Assembly (NCBI GenBank): GCA_963556825.1
Contig: CAUWAM010000006.1
Coordinates: forward strand, 8,127-72,126
DNA: 64,000 nucleotides
Source: an uncultured Clostridia bacterium
GTDB lineage: Bacteria; Bacillota; Clostridia; TANB77; CAG-508
Direction of reading: 5' to 3'
Shown: positions 44,792 to 55,300 of the stretch, one piece after another
How the letters are laid out: each line of letters opens with the position of its first letter
Position numbering within the stretch: the first letter of the stretch is position 1
Made by a program: the position numbers and the translations under genes
The notes under the pieces: generated by a model
Seen by the model: the letters and a program-made list of their open reading frames with translations, nothing else
Database searches by the model: none
Told to the model about the DNA's origin: nothing

Positions 44792-44820
44792 TTGAAAAAA
44801 AAGCAAAATCAAGATATAAT
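44792..44820 (+). promoter_or_regulatory. SigA-type promoter (TTGAAA, 17-bp spacer, TATAAT)
   Basis: TTGAAA 44792-44797; TATAAT 44815-44820. Confidence 0.6.
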
Positions 44821-44841
44821 ATCAATATCATAAAATTTACA

Positions 44842-44855
44842 TTTCCCTAGGGAAA
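44842..44855. repeat. Perfect 14-bp palindrome TTTCCCTAGGGAAA in the leader of the DUF4321 gene
   Basis: Read directly from the sequence. Lies between the -10 and the RBS. Confidence 0.7.
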
Positions 44856-44878
44856 GAAGAAAAACGGGAGGTATAAAA

Positions 44879-45136
44879 ATGGCAACAAGAGATAAAAGTA
44901 TATGGATATTGTTAATATTTATTTTATCAGGATTAGTAATAGGGGGATTACTAGGAAAATTAGCAGGAAGTGTACCTTGGCTTTGGTGGCTTTCATTTGA
45001 ACAAGAATTTGGTTTAGAAAATCCAATAGTACTAGATTTAAATATATTAAAATTAACATTTGGATTAATGTTCAAAATAAATATAGCTAGTATAATAGGA
45101 ATGATAATAGCAGTATTTATATATAAAAAGATATAA
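44879..45136 (+). CDS. DUF4321-family small membrane protein
   Basis: 85 aa, two TM segments, GGLLGKLAG...PWL motif. Typical position upstream of radC-mreB in Clostridia. Confidence 0.7.
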   Translation: MATRDKSIWILLIFILSGLVIGGLLGKLAGSVPWLWWLSFEQEFGLENPIVLDLNILKLTFGLMFKINIASIIGMIIAVFIYKKI

Positions 45137-45182
45137 TAAAGATAAATGTGGGACAAATTAAATAAAGAAAGGATGATTTAAT

Positions 45183-45911
45183 TTGTCATTAAAAATTAAA
45201 GAATTACCAGAGACAGAAAGACCATATGAAAAATTAGAATTATATGGAGAAAGAGCATTATCAAATGCGGAATTATTAGCAATTATAATTAAAACTGGAA
45301 CAAAAACAGAAACTTCAGTTCAAATTGCACAAAAAATATTGAATTTAAATTATGACCCTCAAATGGGTGATTTAAATTTTTTAAAAAATCTTAGCTTACA
45401 AGAGTTAATGCAAATAAAAGGAATTGGAAGAGTTAAAGCAATTCAACTAAAAGCAATATGTGAGTTATCTATAAGGATGTCAAAACCATCTAATTATAAA
45501 AAAATAAAAATATGTTGTACAAGAGATTTAGCGAAAATAGTAATTGAAGAAATGAGATTTGAAAAGAGAGAATTAGTAAAATTATTTTTATTAAATGTAA
45601 AAAATGAAATCCTTAAAGAAATAAATATCGCATCAGGAGGTACAAGCTCTGTAAATATAAGCATTAAAGAAATTGTAGGAGAAGCATTAAAAATAAAAGC
45701 ACCCAAAATGATATTAGTTCATAATCATCCAACAGGTGATCCAACACCAAGTGAGGCAGATATACATTATACAGATAGATTATACAATGCTGCCAAAATT
45801 TTTGATATAGAATTAATGGACCATGTTATTATTGGTGGTAGTAATTTTAAAAGTGTTTTTTTAGAAACAGCGAAACTAGCACAAAATGCTAGAAAAGTAA
45901 TGGAAAAATAA
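45183..45911 (+). CDS. radC: RadC-like JAB-domain protein
   Basis: HhH N-terminal region and JAMM motif VHNHPTGDPTPSEAD; TTG start. Confidence 0.9.
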   Translation: MSLKIKELPETERPYEKLELYGERALSNAELLAIIIKTGTKTETSVQIAQKILNLNYDPQMGDLNFLKNLSLQELMQIKGIGRVKAIQLKAICELSIRMSKPSNYKKIKICCTRDLAKIVIEEMRFEKRELVKLFLLNVKNEILKEINIASGGTSSVNISIKEIVGEALKIKAPKMILVHNHPTGDPTPSEADIHYTDRLYNAAKIFDIELMDHVIIGGSNFKSVFLETAKLAQNARKVMEK

Positions 45912-45934
45912 GAAAAAGAAAGGGAGAAAATTAA

Positions 45935-46966
45935 ATGAAATTTTTTACATTTGGTTCAAAAGATATAGGGATTGATTTAGGAACGGCCAATGTTTTAGTA
46001 ACAATAAAAGGAAAGGGAATAGTATTAAAAGAACCATCAGTTGTAGCAATTGATAGAAAAACTGGAAATATTATGGCAACAGGAAATGAGGCCAAAGAAA
46101 TGCTCGGGAGAACACCAGATCAAATAAAAGCAGTAAGACCATTAAAAGATGGAGTTATAGCTGATTTTACAGCAACCCAATTAATGCTTAAAAATATTAT
46201 AGGAAAAGTGGAAAAAAGATATAGTATAGGAAGACCAAGAGTAGTTGTAGGTGTTCCATCAGGTATAACAGAAGTAGAAGAAAGAGCAGTTGAAGAAGCT
46301 GTAATGCAAGCTGGAGCAAAAGAAGTTTATTTAATCGAAGAACCAATGGCAGCTGCTATAGGAGCTTCATTAGATGTTGCTGAACCAAGTGGTAGCATAA
46401 TTGTAGATATTGGTGGAGGAACAACTGAAGTTGCTGTTATTTCCTTAGGGGGAATTGTATTAAGCCATTCTCTTAGAGTTGCAGGAGATAATCTTGACGA
46501 AGATATAGTAAATTACGTAAAAAGAGAAATGAACTTAGTAATAGGAGAAACAACTGCTGAACAAATAAAAATTCAAATTGGTTGTGCAATGCCACTTATG
46601 ACTGATATAGAAATGGAAATAAGAGGTAGAGACTTAACAGACGGATTACCTAGAAATGTAAAAATAAGATCATCACAAGTAGAAGAAGCAATACAAGAGT
46701 CAATTTTTAAAATAGTTGATGTTGTTAAAATGACACTTGAAAAAACACCACCAGAATTGTCATCAGACATAATGCAAAAAGGAATAGTTCTTGCAGGTGG
46801 TGGAGCATTAATAAAAAATTTAGATAAATTATTAAGCATTGAAACTGGAATGCCTGTATATATTGCAGATGAACCACTAGACTGTGTAGTAAGAGGAAGT
46901 GGAAAAACACTAGAAGACTTAGAAAGATTAAAAACAGTATTAGTAACTGCAAGAAAAAGAAAATAA
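45935..46966 (+). CDS. mreB: Rod shape-determining protein MreB
   Basis: DIGIDLGTANVLV..., actin-fold motifs; 343 aa. Confidence 0.95.
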   Translation: MKFFTFGSKDIGIDLGTANVLVTIKGKGIVLKEPSVVAIDRKTGNIMATGNEAKEMLGRTPDQIKAVRPLKDGVIADFTATQLMLKNIIGKVEKRYSIGRPRVVVGVPSGITEVEERAVEEAVMQAGAKEVYLIEEPMAAAIGASLDVAEPSGSIIVDIGGGTTEVAVISLGGIVLSHSLRVAGDNLDEDIVNYVKREMNLVIGETTAEQIKIQIGCAMPLMTDIEMEIRGRDLTDGLPRNVKIRSSQVEEAIQESIFKIVDVVKMTLEKTPPELSSDIMQKGIVLAGGGALIKNLDKLLSIETGMPVYIADEPLDCVVRGSGKTLEDLERLKTVLVTARKRK

Positions 46967-47000
46967 TATTTATTGTAAAAAATAGAAAGTGAGGAAAAAT

Positions 47001-47816
47001 ATGTATAGAACCAAAAAAACAGGTGTATTAGGAATAATAATTACAATAGCGATTTTGATTTTAATAGTTGTTTTTTCTAATATAGAAGATAATACATCTT
47101 TTTTCGAAAATGTTGCAAATAAATTAGTAATGCCTGTACAAAATGGGCTAACATATTTAAAAAATAAAATAAGTGGAAATTCTACATTTTTTACTGATAT
47201 TAGTAATTTAAAAGCTGAAAATCAAGAACTTAAAAACAAAAATAGTCAATTAGAACAATCATTAAGAGAATTAGAAAATATTAAATCTGAAAACGAAACA
47301 TTAAAAGAATATTTAAATTTAACAGAAAAATATGGAGAATATAAAACAATACCAGGTTATGTAATAAATAAAGATATTAGTAATTATTCAAAAACAATTA
47401 TAATAAATATCGGAAAAAAAGACGGAGTTCAAGAAAAAATGACGGTAATAGCTGATGAAGGATTAGTTGGAAATGTAGTTTCTGTAACAGATACAACTGC
47501 AAAGGTTAGAACCATTGTAGATACAGCAAGTTCAGTAAGTTGCTTAATGAGTACAAATAAAGATAGTATTGTATGTAAAGGAACATTAAACAACAATTCA
47601 GAATTGAAAGCAATGTATATATCAACAGATGCTAATATAGTACAAGGTGATAGCGTAGAAACATCAGGGTTAGGTGGAATTTATCCAAAAGGAATACATG
47701 TTGGAACAATAAGTAAAATAGTACCAACAAAAAATATTACAGATAGATATGCAATAGTTAATACAGCTGTAGACTTTAATAAATTAAACACTGTTTTAGT
47801 AATAAAAAATAATTAA
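47001..47816 (+). CDS. mreC: Rod shape-determining protein MreC
   Basis: TM segment, coiled coil (LKAENQELKNKNSQLEQSLRELE), beta-barrel domains. ATG 47001 follows GTGAGG. Confidence 0.9.
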   Translation: MYRTKKTGVLGIIITIAILILIVVFSNIEDNTSFFENVANKLVMPVQNGLTYLKNKISGNSTFFTDISNLKAENQELKNKNSQLEQSLRELENIKSENETLKEYLNLTEKYGEYKTIPGYVINKDISNYSKTIIINIGKKDGVQEKMTVIADEGLVGNVVSVTDTTAKVRTIVDTASSVSCLMSTNKDSIVCKGTLNNNSELKAMYISTDANIVQGDSVETSGLGGIYPKGIHVGTISKIVPTKNITDRYAIVNTAVDFNKLNTVLVIKNN

Positions 47817-47834
47817 TAAAAAGGAGTGAATCAT

Positions 47835-48368
47835 TTGAAAAAATTTCTAATTAATATAAGTTTAATTTTAATAGTTATTGTAATATATTTTTTGCAATCT
47901 AATTTTTTTAGTTGGTTCACAATTGCTGGTGTAAAACCTAATCTTTTTATAGTTTTTGTTTTATTTATAGGATTATTTGGTAATAGAAGTTTAGGAACAA
48001 TTTATGGAGGATTAATAGGAATATTTTTAGACTTATTAATGGAAGAAAAAATAGGAGCAAATTTAATTGGTTTAGTAATAATTGGGATTTTAGCTGTTAT
48101 ATTTGATAAAAACTTTTCAAAAGATAGTAGAATGACATTGATATTTATGGTGTTTGGCTCAACCATTGTATTTGAAGTTATATCATATTTGACAAAATAT
48201 ATTTTATATTCTATGAATGTAGAAATATTTAACTTTATAATTATCCTTTTAATAGAAGTACTATATAATATTATATTGACTATTATTTTATATCCATTGA
48301 TTCAAAGATTTGGGTATTATATAGAAAATGAATACAAAGGAAATAAAATACTAACAAGATATTTTTAG
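47835..48368 (+). CDS. mreD: Rod shape-determining protein MreD
   Basis: Small polytopic membrane protein after mreC. The start is uncertain (TTG 47835 or GTG 47826). Confidence 0.8.
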   Translation: MKKFLINISLILIVIVIYFLQSNFFSWFTIAGVKPNLFIVFVLFIGLFGNRSLGTIYGGLIGIFLDLLMEEKIGANLIGLVIIGILAVIFDKNFSKDSRMTLIFMVFGSTIVFEVISYLTKYILYSMNVEIFNFIIILLIEVLYNIILTIILYPLIQRFGYYIENEYKGNKILTRYF

Positions 48369-48411
48369 TATTTTACATTAGAATATATGCTAGATAGAAG
48401 AAGGTGATAAA

Positions 48412-50529
48412 TTGGCAAAAAAAATAAATAGAAAAAGTATTAACCTTAGATATAATATAATGACGGTTTTTACATATATAATTGGAATTATATTAATAGT
48501 TCAATTGTTTAATTTACAGATTATACATGGCAAAGAATATAGAGAAGAATCTAATGCTAGATTAACTAGAGAAAGTATATTACTAGCAGCTAGAGGAGAA
48601 ATTTTAGATAGATCTGGAAATGTATTGGTTAGTTCTAATCAAAGATTTAATGTTGAATTGTATAAAAGTAAAATAGATAATAATACATTAAATAATTCTA
48701 TATTAAAAATTGTAAATGTTTTAGAGAAATATCAAGTTAGTTATACTGATTCTTTTCCAATTGATATAAATCCTTTTTCTTTTAAATTATCAGACGAAAC
48801 TTTGAAAAATTGGAAAAAAAGTTATGATATTGATGAAAATGCTACTGCAGAGGAAGCATTTTACAAATTTAAAAATAAATACAAGATAGAAAATGAAGAT
48901 GTTTCAGAAGTAAGAAAAATAATAGCAATTAGATATGCAATAACAAAAGAAGGCTATAGTAGTACAAAATCTCTTACAATTGCAAAAGATGTGCCAAGAG
49001 AAGCGGTTGCAGAGTTTAGCGAAAATGGTAATGAATTTCCTGGCATAAGTGTTAGTGTTGAACCAATAAGAAAATATAATGAAGGAACATTAGCATCACA
49101 TATATTAGGGTATGCTTCAAAAATACAAGGTACAGAATATGAAACGAGAAAAGATACATATACCCCAAACGATATTATAGGAAAAACAGGTATTGAATCA
49201 ATTTTTGAGGAGTATTTAAAAGGAAAAAATGGAAAGAAACAAATAGATATGGCAGTTGATGGAACAACAACAGCAGAAGTTGTTGAAAAAGAAGCTATAG
49301 CTGGTGATAATATAGTTTTAACAATAGATTCTAAATTACAAAAAGTAGTAGAAGATGCTTTAAAATCAAATATAGAAAAAATAAAAAATGGTGGATTTGG
49401 AAAAAAATATAATGCCAAAGGTGGAGCTGGTGTTGTTATGAATGTAAAAACTGGAGAAGTTTTAGCAATGGCAAGTTATCCAGACTATAATCCACAATCA
49501 TTTGCAAATGGAATTGGTACAGAAGAATGGAATAGTTATTTAAATAATGAGTCATATCCATTAATAAATAAAACAATTCAAAGTGCATATGAACCTGGTT
49601 CTATATTTAAAATGGTTACAGCAATAGCAGGGTTAGAATCTGGAAGTATAACATTAAATGAGAGAATTAATGATGTTGGACAATATAAAAAATATGGTGC
49701 AACATGGAATTGTTGGTATTATACAGATTATCACAGAGGACATGGTTCATTAAATGTTATAGGCGCAATAGAAAAATCTTGTAACTATTTCTTCTATGAA
49801 ACTGCAGATAGAATGGGAATAGACAACTTAAACAAATATGCAAAATATTTTGGTTTAGGAACAAAAACTGGAATAGAATTACCAGAAGAAACAGCAGGAA
49901 CTTTAGCAAGTAAAGAATATGTAAGTTCAATAAAACAAAACTGGAATCCAGGTGATACATTAAATGCTGCAATAGGGCAAGGTTATAACAGATTTACTCC
50001 ATTACAAATGGCACAATATATTAGTATTATTGCTAATGGAGGAAATAAAGTTGATACAACAATTGTTAAAACAATACAAAAAGCAGATGGAACAGAAGTA
50101 TCTAAAGATGAAATTAATAAGTTTGTTTCTGAAAAATTAGGAACAAAAACAGATGATGATTCTGATGATATAACTTTAAATAAAGAATATGTTAATGCGG
50201 TAAAACAAGGTATGAAATCAGTTACAACTGATGAATCAGGTACGGCATATGTAAGATTTAAGAATTTTAATATCGAGGTTGGTGGAAAAACTGGTTCAGC
50301 AGAAGCTGGAAAAGATGCCAATGGAGGAGATATTGTAAATGCTTGGTTTGCAGGATTTGCACCATATGACGACCCAGAGATAGCAGTTGTAATTATGGTT
50401 GAAAATGGTGGACATGGAAATTATACAGCAGAAGCGGTAAGAGATATTATGGCAGAATATTTTGGGATGAATACACAAAATGTTGCAGAAGATATGACAG
50501 CAACACCTTATATTGAAAATATGAGATAA
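48412..50529 (+). CDS. mrdA: Penicillin-binding protein 2 (elongasome transpeptidase)
   Basis: SIFK (SxxK), SCN (SxN), KTGSAE (KTG); N-terminal TM; TTG start. Confidence 0.9.
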   Translation: MAKKINRKSINLRYNIMTVFTYIIGIILIVQLFNLQIIHGKEYREESNARLTRESILLAARGEILDRSGNVLVSSNQRFNVELYKSKIDNNTLNNSILKIVNVLEKYQVSYTDSFPIDINPFSFKLSDETLKNWKKSYDIDENATAEEAFYKFKNKYKIENEDVSEVRKIIAIRYAITKEGYSSTKSLTIAKDVPREAVAEFSENGNEFPGISVSVEPIRKYNEGTLASHILGYASKIQGTEYETRKDTYTPNDIIGKTGIESIFEEYLKGKNGKKQIDMAVDGTTTAEVVEKEAIAGDNIVLTIDSKLQKVVEDALKSNIEKIKNGGFGKKYNAKGGAGVVMNVKTGEVLAMASYPDYNPQSFANGIGTEEWNSYLNNESYPLINKTIQSAYEPGSIFKMVTAIAGLESGSITLNERINDVGQYKKYGATWNCWYYTDYHRGHGSLNVIGAIEKSCNYFFYETADRMGIDNLNKYAKYFGLGTKTGIELPEETAGTLASKEYVSSIKQNWNPGDTLNAAIGQGYNRFTPLQMAQYISIIANGGNKVDTTIVKTIQKADGTEVSKDEINKFVSEKLGTKTDDDSDDITLNKEYVNAVKQGMKSVTTDESGTAYVRFKNFNIEVGGKTGSAEAGKDANGGDIVNAWFAGFAPYDDPEIAVVIMVENGGHGNYTAEAVRDIMAEYFGMNTQNVAEDMTATPYIENMR

Positions 50530-50554
50530 TATACTTAGAAAGTAGGATGTAAAA

Positions 50555-51166
50555 ATGAATAATTGTATTAGTGTAAATTTAAAGAAAAATGAAATTATAA
50601 TAAAAATAGCAGAAGATGCTAAACAAGAACAAATTTTAAATGCTTTGAAAAAGAAATTAACAGAATTAAAAAAATTATATAAAAATGAGAAAACACCAAT
50701 TAGAGTTGTTGGGAAAATATTAAAAAACAAAGAAATTGATGAAATTCAAGAACTAATTAAAGAATCAATAGATGTAGATATAGAATTTGATATGCCTAAA
50801 ACCTTAGGGCTTTCTAGTATAAAAAGAACATTTGAACAAGAAGTTGAAATTTCTGAAACGGAATTCCATAGAGGTTCTTTAAGATCTGGACAAAGATTGG
50901 AAGCTGAAAGAAGTATTGTAATATTAGGAGATGTAAATTCTGGAGCAGAAGTAATTGCGTCTGATAATATAGTTGTTTTAGGAAATTTAAGAGGGTTGGC
51001 ACATGCAGGAGCAAAAGGAAATAAACAAGCGTTTATATCAGCTGGAAATTTAGACGCGGTACAAATTAGGATTGCTAACATTGTGAAGGAAATTAACAGA
51101 GATGAAGAACCTATGCACAAACAAGCCTATGTAAGCATAGATGGAGATAAAATAATAATAGAATAA
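50555..51166 (+). CDS. minC: Septum site-determining protein MinC
   Basis: C-terminal beta-helix VILGDVNSGAEVIASDNIVVLGNLRGLAHAGAKGN; 203 aa. Confidence 0.85.
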   Translation: MNNCISVNLKKNEIIIKIAEDAKQEQILNALKKKLTELKKLYKNEKTPIRVVGKILKNKEIDEIQELIKESIDVDIEFDMPKTLGLSSIKRTFEQEVEISETEFHRGSLRSGQRLEAERSIVILGDVNSGAEVIASDNIVVLGNLRGLAHAGAKGNKQAFISAGNLDAVQIRIANIVKEINRDEEPMHKQAYVSIDGDKIIIE

Positions 51167-51171
51167 GAATG

Positions 51172-51462
51172 CTAGGAAAACAACAATAAAAATAAAATTA
51201 TATAAAGCATATCATCTTTAACATCTTCTTTATATAAAAAATAAAGAATTCCTAAGATAATAAGGTCATCTAAATATAATTTTATACCAAAGATTTCAAA
51301 AATAGCTTGGTCACAAGAATTAGAAGAAGAACTAGTTTGACGTGGTTCATCAGGAATCACAGTACTAGTACTTTCTTCTTTTTTTTCAGTGTAATAATAT
51401 TTATTTGGGTATTTATAATAAGGGTATCCATAAGGGAAACCTCTATAAGGAAACCTAAACAT
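51172..51462 (-). CDS. Tyr/Pro-rich small protein with a C-terminal hydrophobic segment
   Basis: MFRFPYRGFPYGYPYYKYPNKYYYTEKKE...; AAGGAG RBS. The start codon begins 1 nt after the stop of the upstream gene. Confidence 0.6.
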   Translation of the reverse strand: MFRFPYRGFPYGYPYYKYPNKYYYTEKKEESTSTVIPDEPRQTSSSSNSCDQAIFEIFGIKLYLDDLIILGILYFLYKEDVKDDMLYIILFLLLFS

Positions 51463-51463
51463 T

Positions 51464-51946
51464 TTATTTCTCCTTGTTCATATTATTATTTTTCATGATT
51501 TCAGCTATTTTAGAAACATTTAATAAATTCATATAATTATCTAATTGACTTTTTTTACTGTCTCTTAAATATGGCTTTAAAGATGCTAATAAATTAGCTC
51601 TTGGGTCATTTTTTGTATTATTCATATTTCCCATTATAGAAGATATATTTTTGATAGTATTTATATCTATATTATCCATATTAAAATTGAAATTGTTGTT
51701 TTGTGATTGTGAAGAGTTTTGAGAAGCAGAATTAGTATTATTATTAGAATTTAAATTAGGGCTATTAGGCATTTGGGAATTGTTATTTGTTTGATTTTCG
51801 CTTTTTTGATTTGACAACATTTTTGAAAAGTTTTCAATCATTTCCGGAGAAATTTGAGAAATTGCCTCAGAAATATTGCCACTATCAACAAGATTTTTAA
51901 TGTTTTCCATAGATTGATTATTTGAATTTATTGAATTATTATTCAT
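51464..51946 (-). CDS. Asn/Ser/Gln-rich low-complexity protein with a conserved-looking C-terminal helix
   Basis: ATG 51946 follows AGAGGTGA. C-terminus DPRANLLASLKPYLRDSKKSQLDNYMNLLNVSKIAEIM. Confidence 0.6.
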   Translation of the reverse strand: MNNNSINSNNQSMENIKNLVDSGNISEAISQISPEMIENFSKMLSNQKSENQTNNNSQMPNSPNLNSNNNTNSASQNSSQSQNNNFNFNMDNIDINTIKNISSIMGNMNNTKNDPRANLLASLKPYLRDSKKSQLDNYMNLLNVSKIAEIMKNNNMNKEK

Positions 51947-52098
51947 ATTTATCACCTCTAATAAAGTATATTAATTTATGTATGATATATGTAATATCAT
52001 AATTATTATATTCAGATGATAAAAAAATGTTACAATTTTTGTTAATTAAAAAGTAAACCAAAAGAATAACAAAAAACTACAAAAATAATCAAAAAACA

Positions 52099-52127
52099 TT
52101 GAAAATACGTTAAAAAGGTGTTATAAT
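52099..52127 (+). promoter_or_regulatory. SigA promoter with extended -10 (TTGAAA, 17-bp spacer, TGtTATAAT)
   Basis: TTGAAA 52099-52104; TG 52119-52120; TATAAT 52122-52127. Leaves a leader of about 215 nt. Confidence 0.6.
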
Positions 52128-52347
52128 ATATTCTGAAATAATTATGTAAAAAAGATTATTTTTTTGTTTGTAATAAAAATTTAATAAAAATTTAAAGAAA
52201 TTGAAATATTTAGCTTTTTTGCAGTTCCGTAGATAGCTTAAATACTTGAAAATGTGTTAATAAATATTGATATTGACTTTAAATATATTAAAAATATATT
52301 ATATATAAAATTAAATATAAAAAATTAAATGTTTTAGGAGGAATATT

Positions 52348-55300
52348 ATGAAGGAGAAAGTCTTACAAATTATTACAGTTTTAGCACTAATTGTTACATT
52401 AACAATGGCAAATGTTTTATTATTATGCAATAGCATAGTATCTTATGCAGCAAGTGCTATAAATGAAGATAAGAGTACAAACCATAAAAATGTAGAATTT
52501 ATGGCATATTTTAAAGATTCTAATGGAAATAAAGTAAATGCATTAGATAGCAAAACAGATTCACAAGATACAAAAGTTTATTTTCAAATATCTGTAAAAC
52601 AAAATGGATATTTTAATGGTCAAATAACATTAAAAGATTCTAATTTTAAATTTAAAACAGATATTTTAAATGATGCTGTAAGCAAAATTGATGAAAAAAA
52701 TATATATTTAAATCAAATAAATGCTGGAGATACAGTGGAAATAGAAATTGGAATCGAAATTTTAGAAAATGATGAATTTGATTTGAATTTAATAAACAGT
52801 GAAACAAAAATAGATTTAAGAGGTATTTATAAAGACGAAACAGAGAAAGATATTTCTATAACATCAGAAAAAGATGTTAGGTTACATATGGTAAGCCCTT
52901 ATCAAAAAGGTGATAATATATTAACACAAGAAGTAATAACAAATAAAATCTTAAATTATAATGGAGAAGATAAAAAAGTTGTACAAATAAAAGTAGCATC
53001 TGGAATAAAAAATAATTTATTCCCAATTAAATCTACTTCATTAGAAATTGTAGCTCCTAAAATTTTAAATAAATTTCCTGAAAAAGTATTAGTAAATTCT
53101 GTTGATAATTTAGTAACTAATGGTAAAAAGTTATCAGAAGATATGTGGAATTACAATAATGAAACAGGAACAATAACAATAAATGTAAATAATGATAGTG
53201 TTGAAAATAAAGTTTCTTGGGTAAAAAGCGGAAATGATACATTTATTGTAACATATATATTTGATGAAATAGAAAACTTTGAAGAACAATTAAATAAAGT
53301 AAGTTCAAAAATAAATCTTTATGATGATAACAAAACAGTATTTACAGCAGCTCATGAAATGGGATTAAGTAATGAAGAAAAAGATTCTATTTATACTGTA
53401 GAACAATTACAAAATGAAACAAGCATATATAAAGGAAAATTATATTATGGAATAGGTAGAGATTTTACATATAAAACAATTATAAATGCGAATCTATTAG
53501 GAGTTTCTTCTGGTGTAAATATATTAGAAAATGATGCAAATAGTGAGATAAAATCAACTTATAAAACAACAAGAATTAACAAACAAAATATGTTGAATGT
53601 ATTGGGAGAAAATGCTAAGGTAATAATTATAAATTCTGATACAAATGCTCAAATTGCATATATAGATGAACAAACAGAGACAGATGAAGATGGAAATATT
53701 ATAATTGAATATCCAGAAAATGTAGAAAATATAAAAATATCATTAACACAACCAGAAAAATTAGAAAAACTAGAAATAGAAAATACAAAAACAATAAAAG
53801 ATGTTAACAAAAATACAATAAAAAATGTACAAGAAATAGTTTCTAATGTAGAAACTACATACACATCTGTTGGTAAAGAAAATAAATTAGCTGAAGTAGA
53901 AAGCAAAATAGAATTAAAAGAAACAGAAACATCAGCAAAATTAGAAATTAATAAAAAAGAACTTTCAACAATGGCAACAAATCAAAATGTTGAATTTAGA
54001 GTTACTTTAGAAACAAAAGAAGAAAGTAATGAATTATTTAAAAAACCAGTAATAAAAGTTCAATTACCAGAAAAAATAGAAAACATAAAAATCAATTCTA
54101 TTAATTTAATATATGATGATGAATTAAAAATAAAACAATCAGTATTAAATGGAAAAACAATAGAAATAACATTAGATGGAGAACAAACAAAGTATAAAAA
54201 CGAAGCAATTGATGGAGCGGTATTAATAATAAATACAGATTTAACAATAAATAAAATGGCAACAAGCAGTACGGAAACAGTTAAATTAACATATACAAAT
54301 GAAAATGTAATAAATTATAAAAACGGAGCAAAGATTGGAACAGAACAACAAGAAATAAATATAGTTTCTTATGCAGGACTTGTAACAACAAATCAAATTT
54401 TAGATTACGGAATTAATGTTATAAATAATGAAGGAGAAAAAACAGCAAAACTAAAAACTTCAGAACAATCTAAAAATGTAACAATAGAAAAAAATATTAT
54501 AAATAACACTCAAGGTAAAATTTCAAATGTTACTATTTTAGGAACATTCCCAACAAAAGACGCTGTTGAGCAAATAAACAACATTGATACTTCTATAAAT
54601 AAAGGAATAACAGTATCTGGAATAAATGCTAATAAAGTAAAAATATATTATTCAGAAAATGCAAAAGCAACAAGAGATTTAGAAAATAAAGAAAATGGAT
54701 GGAAAGAAAATATAATAGATAGTTCAAAAGTTAAAAAATATTTAATTATTGTAGATGAATTAGATATATTAGAAGAAATGAATATTGATTATATTGCTAC
54801 AATTCCAGAAAATCTAGAATATAACAAAGTGGCTCAAGAAGGTTATGAAGTATATTATACAAATGTTGCAACAGGAGTAGAATCAAAAGTTGATTTAGAT
54901 AAAATAACATTAGAAACAGGAAAAGGACCAGTAGTTGAAACAACTTTAAATGCCTTTGTAGCAGGGGAAGAAAGAACTAAAGAAGTAAAAGAAGGAGAAA
55001 TTATTAAATATACAGTTACTATATCTAATACAGGTAGTGAAGATATATCAAATGTTAATGTTGTAGGAAAAGTACCAGAAGGAACAATATATGTAGAAAA
55101 AAATGGTGCACCAAAAGAAAATGGAAGTGACGATTCAGAATACAAGCCATTTGAGGAATACGAAAATAAAAAGAATGCAGAATTTAATATTGAAAAATTA
55201 TCAGTAGGAGAAACAATAACAAAAAGTTATTTAGTAAAAGTTAAAAAAGGAACTAAAAATACAACAATAACAAATGTATTAACTTCTAAATATGGTGAAG

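Noticed and set aside
51956-52347. c-di-GMP riboswitch or invertible phase-variation switch upstream of the giant adhesin genes.
   Set aside because: No GEMM-I/II conserved cores were found, and no pair of long inverted repeats flanks the promoter or leader. Only weak A/T hairpins are present.
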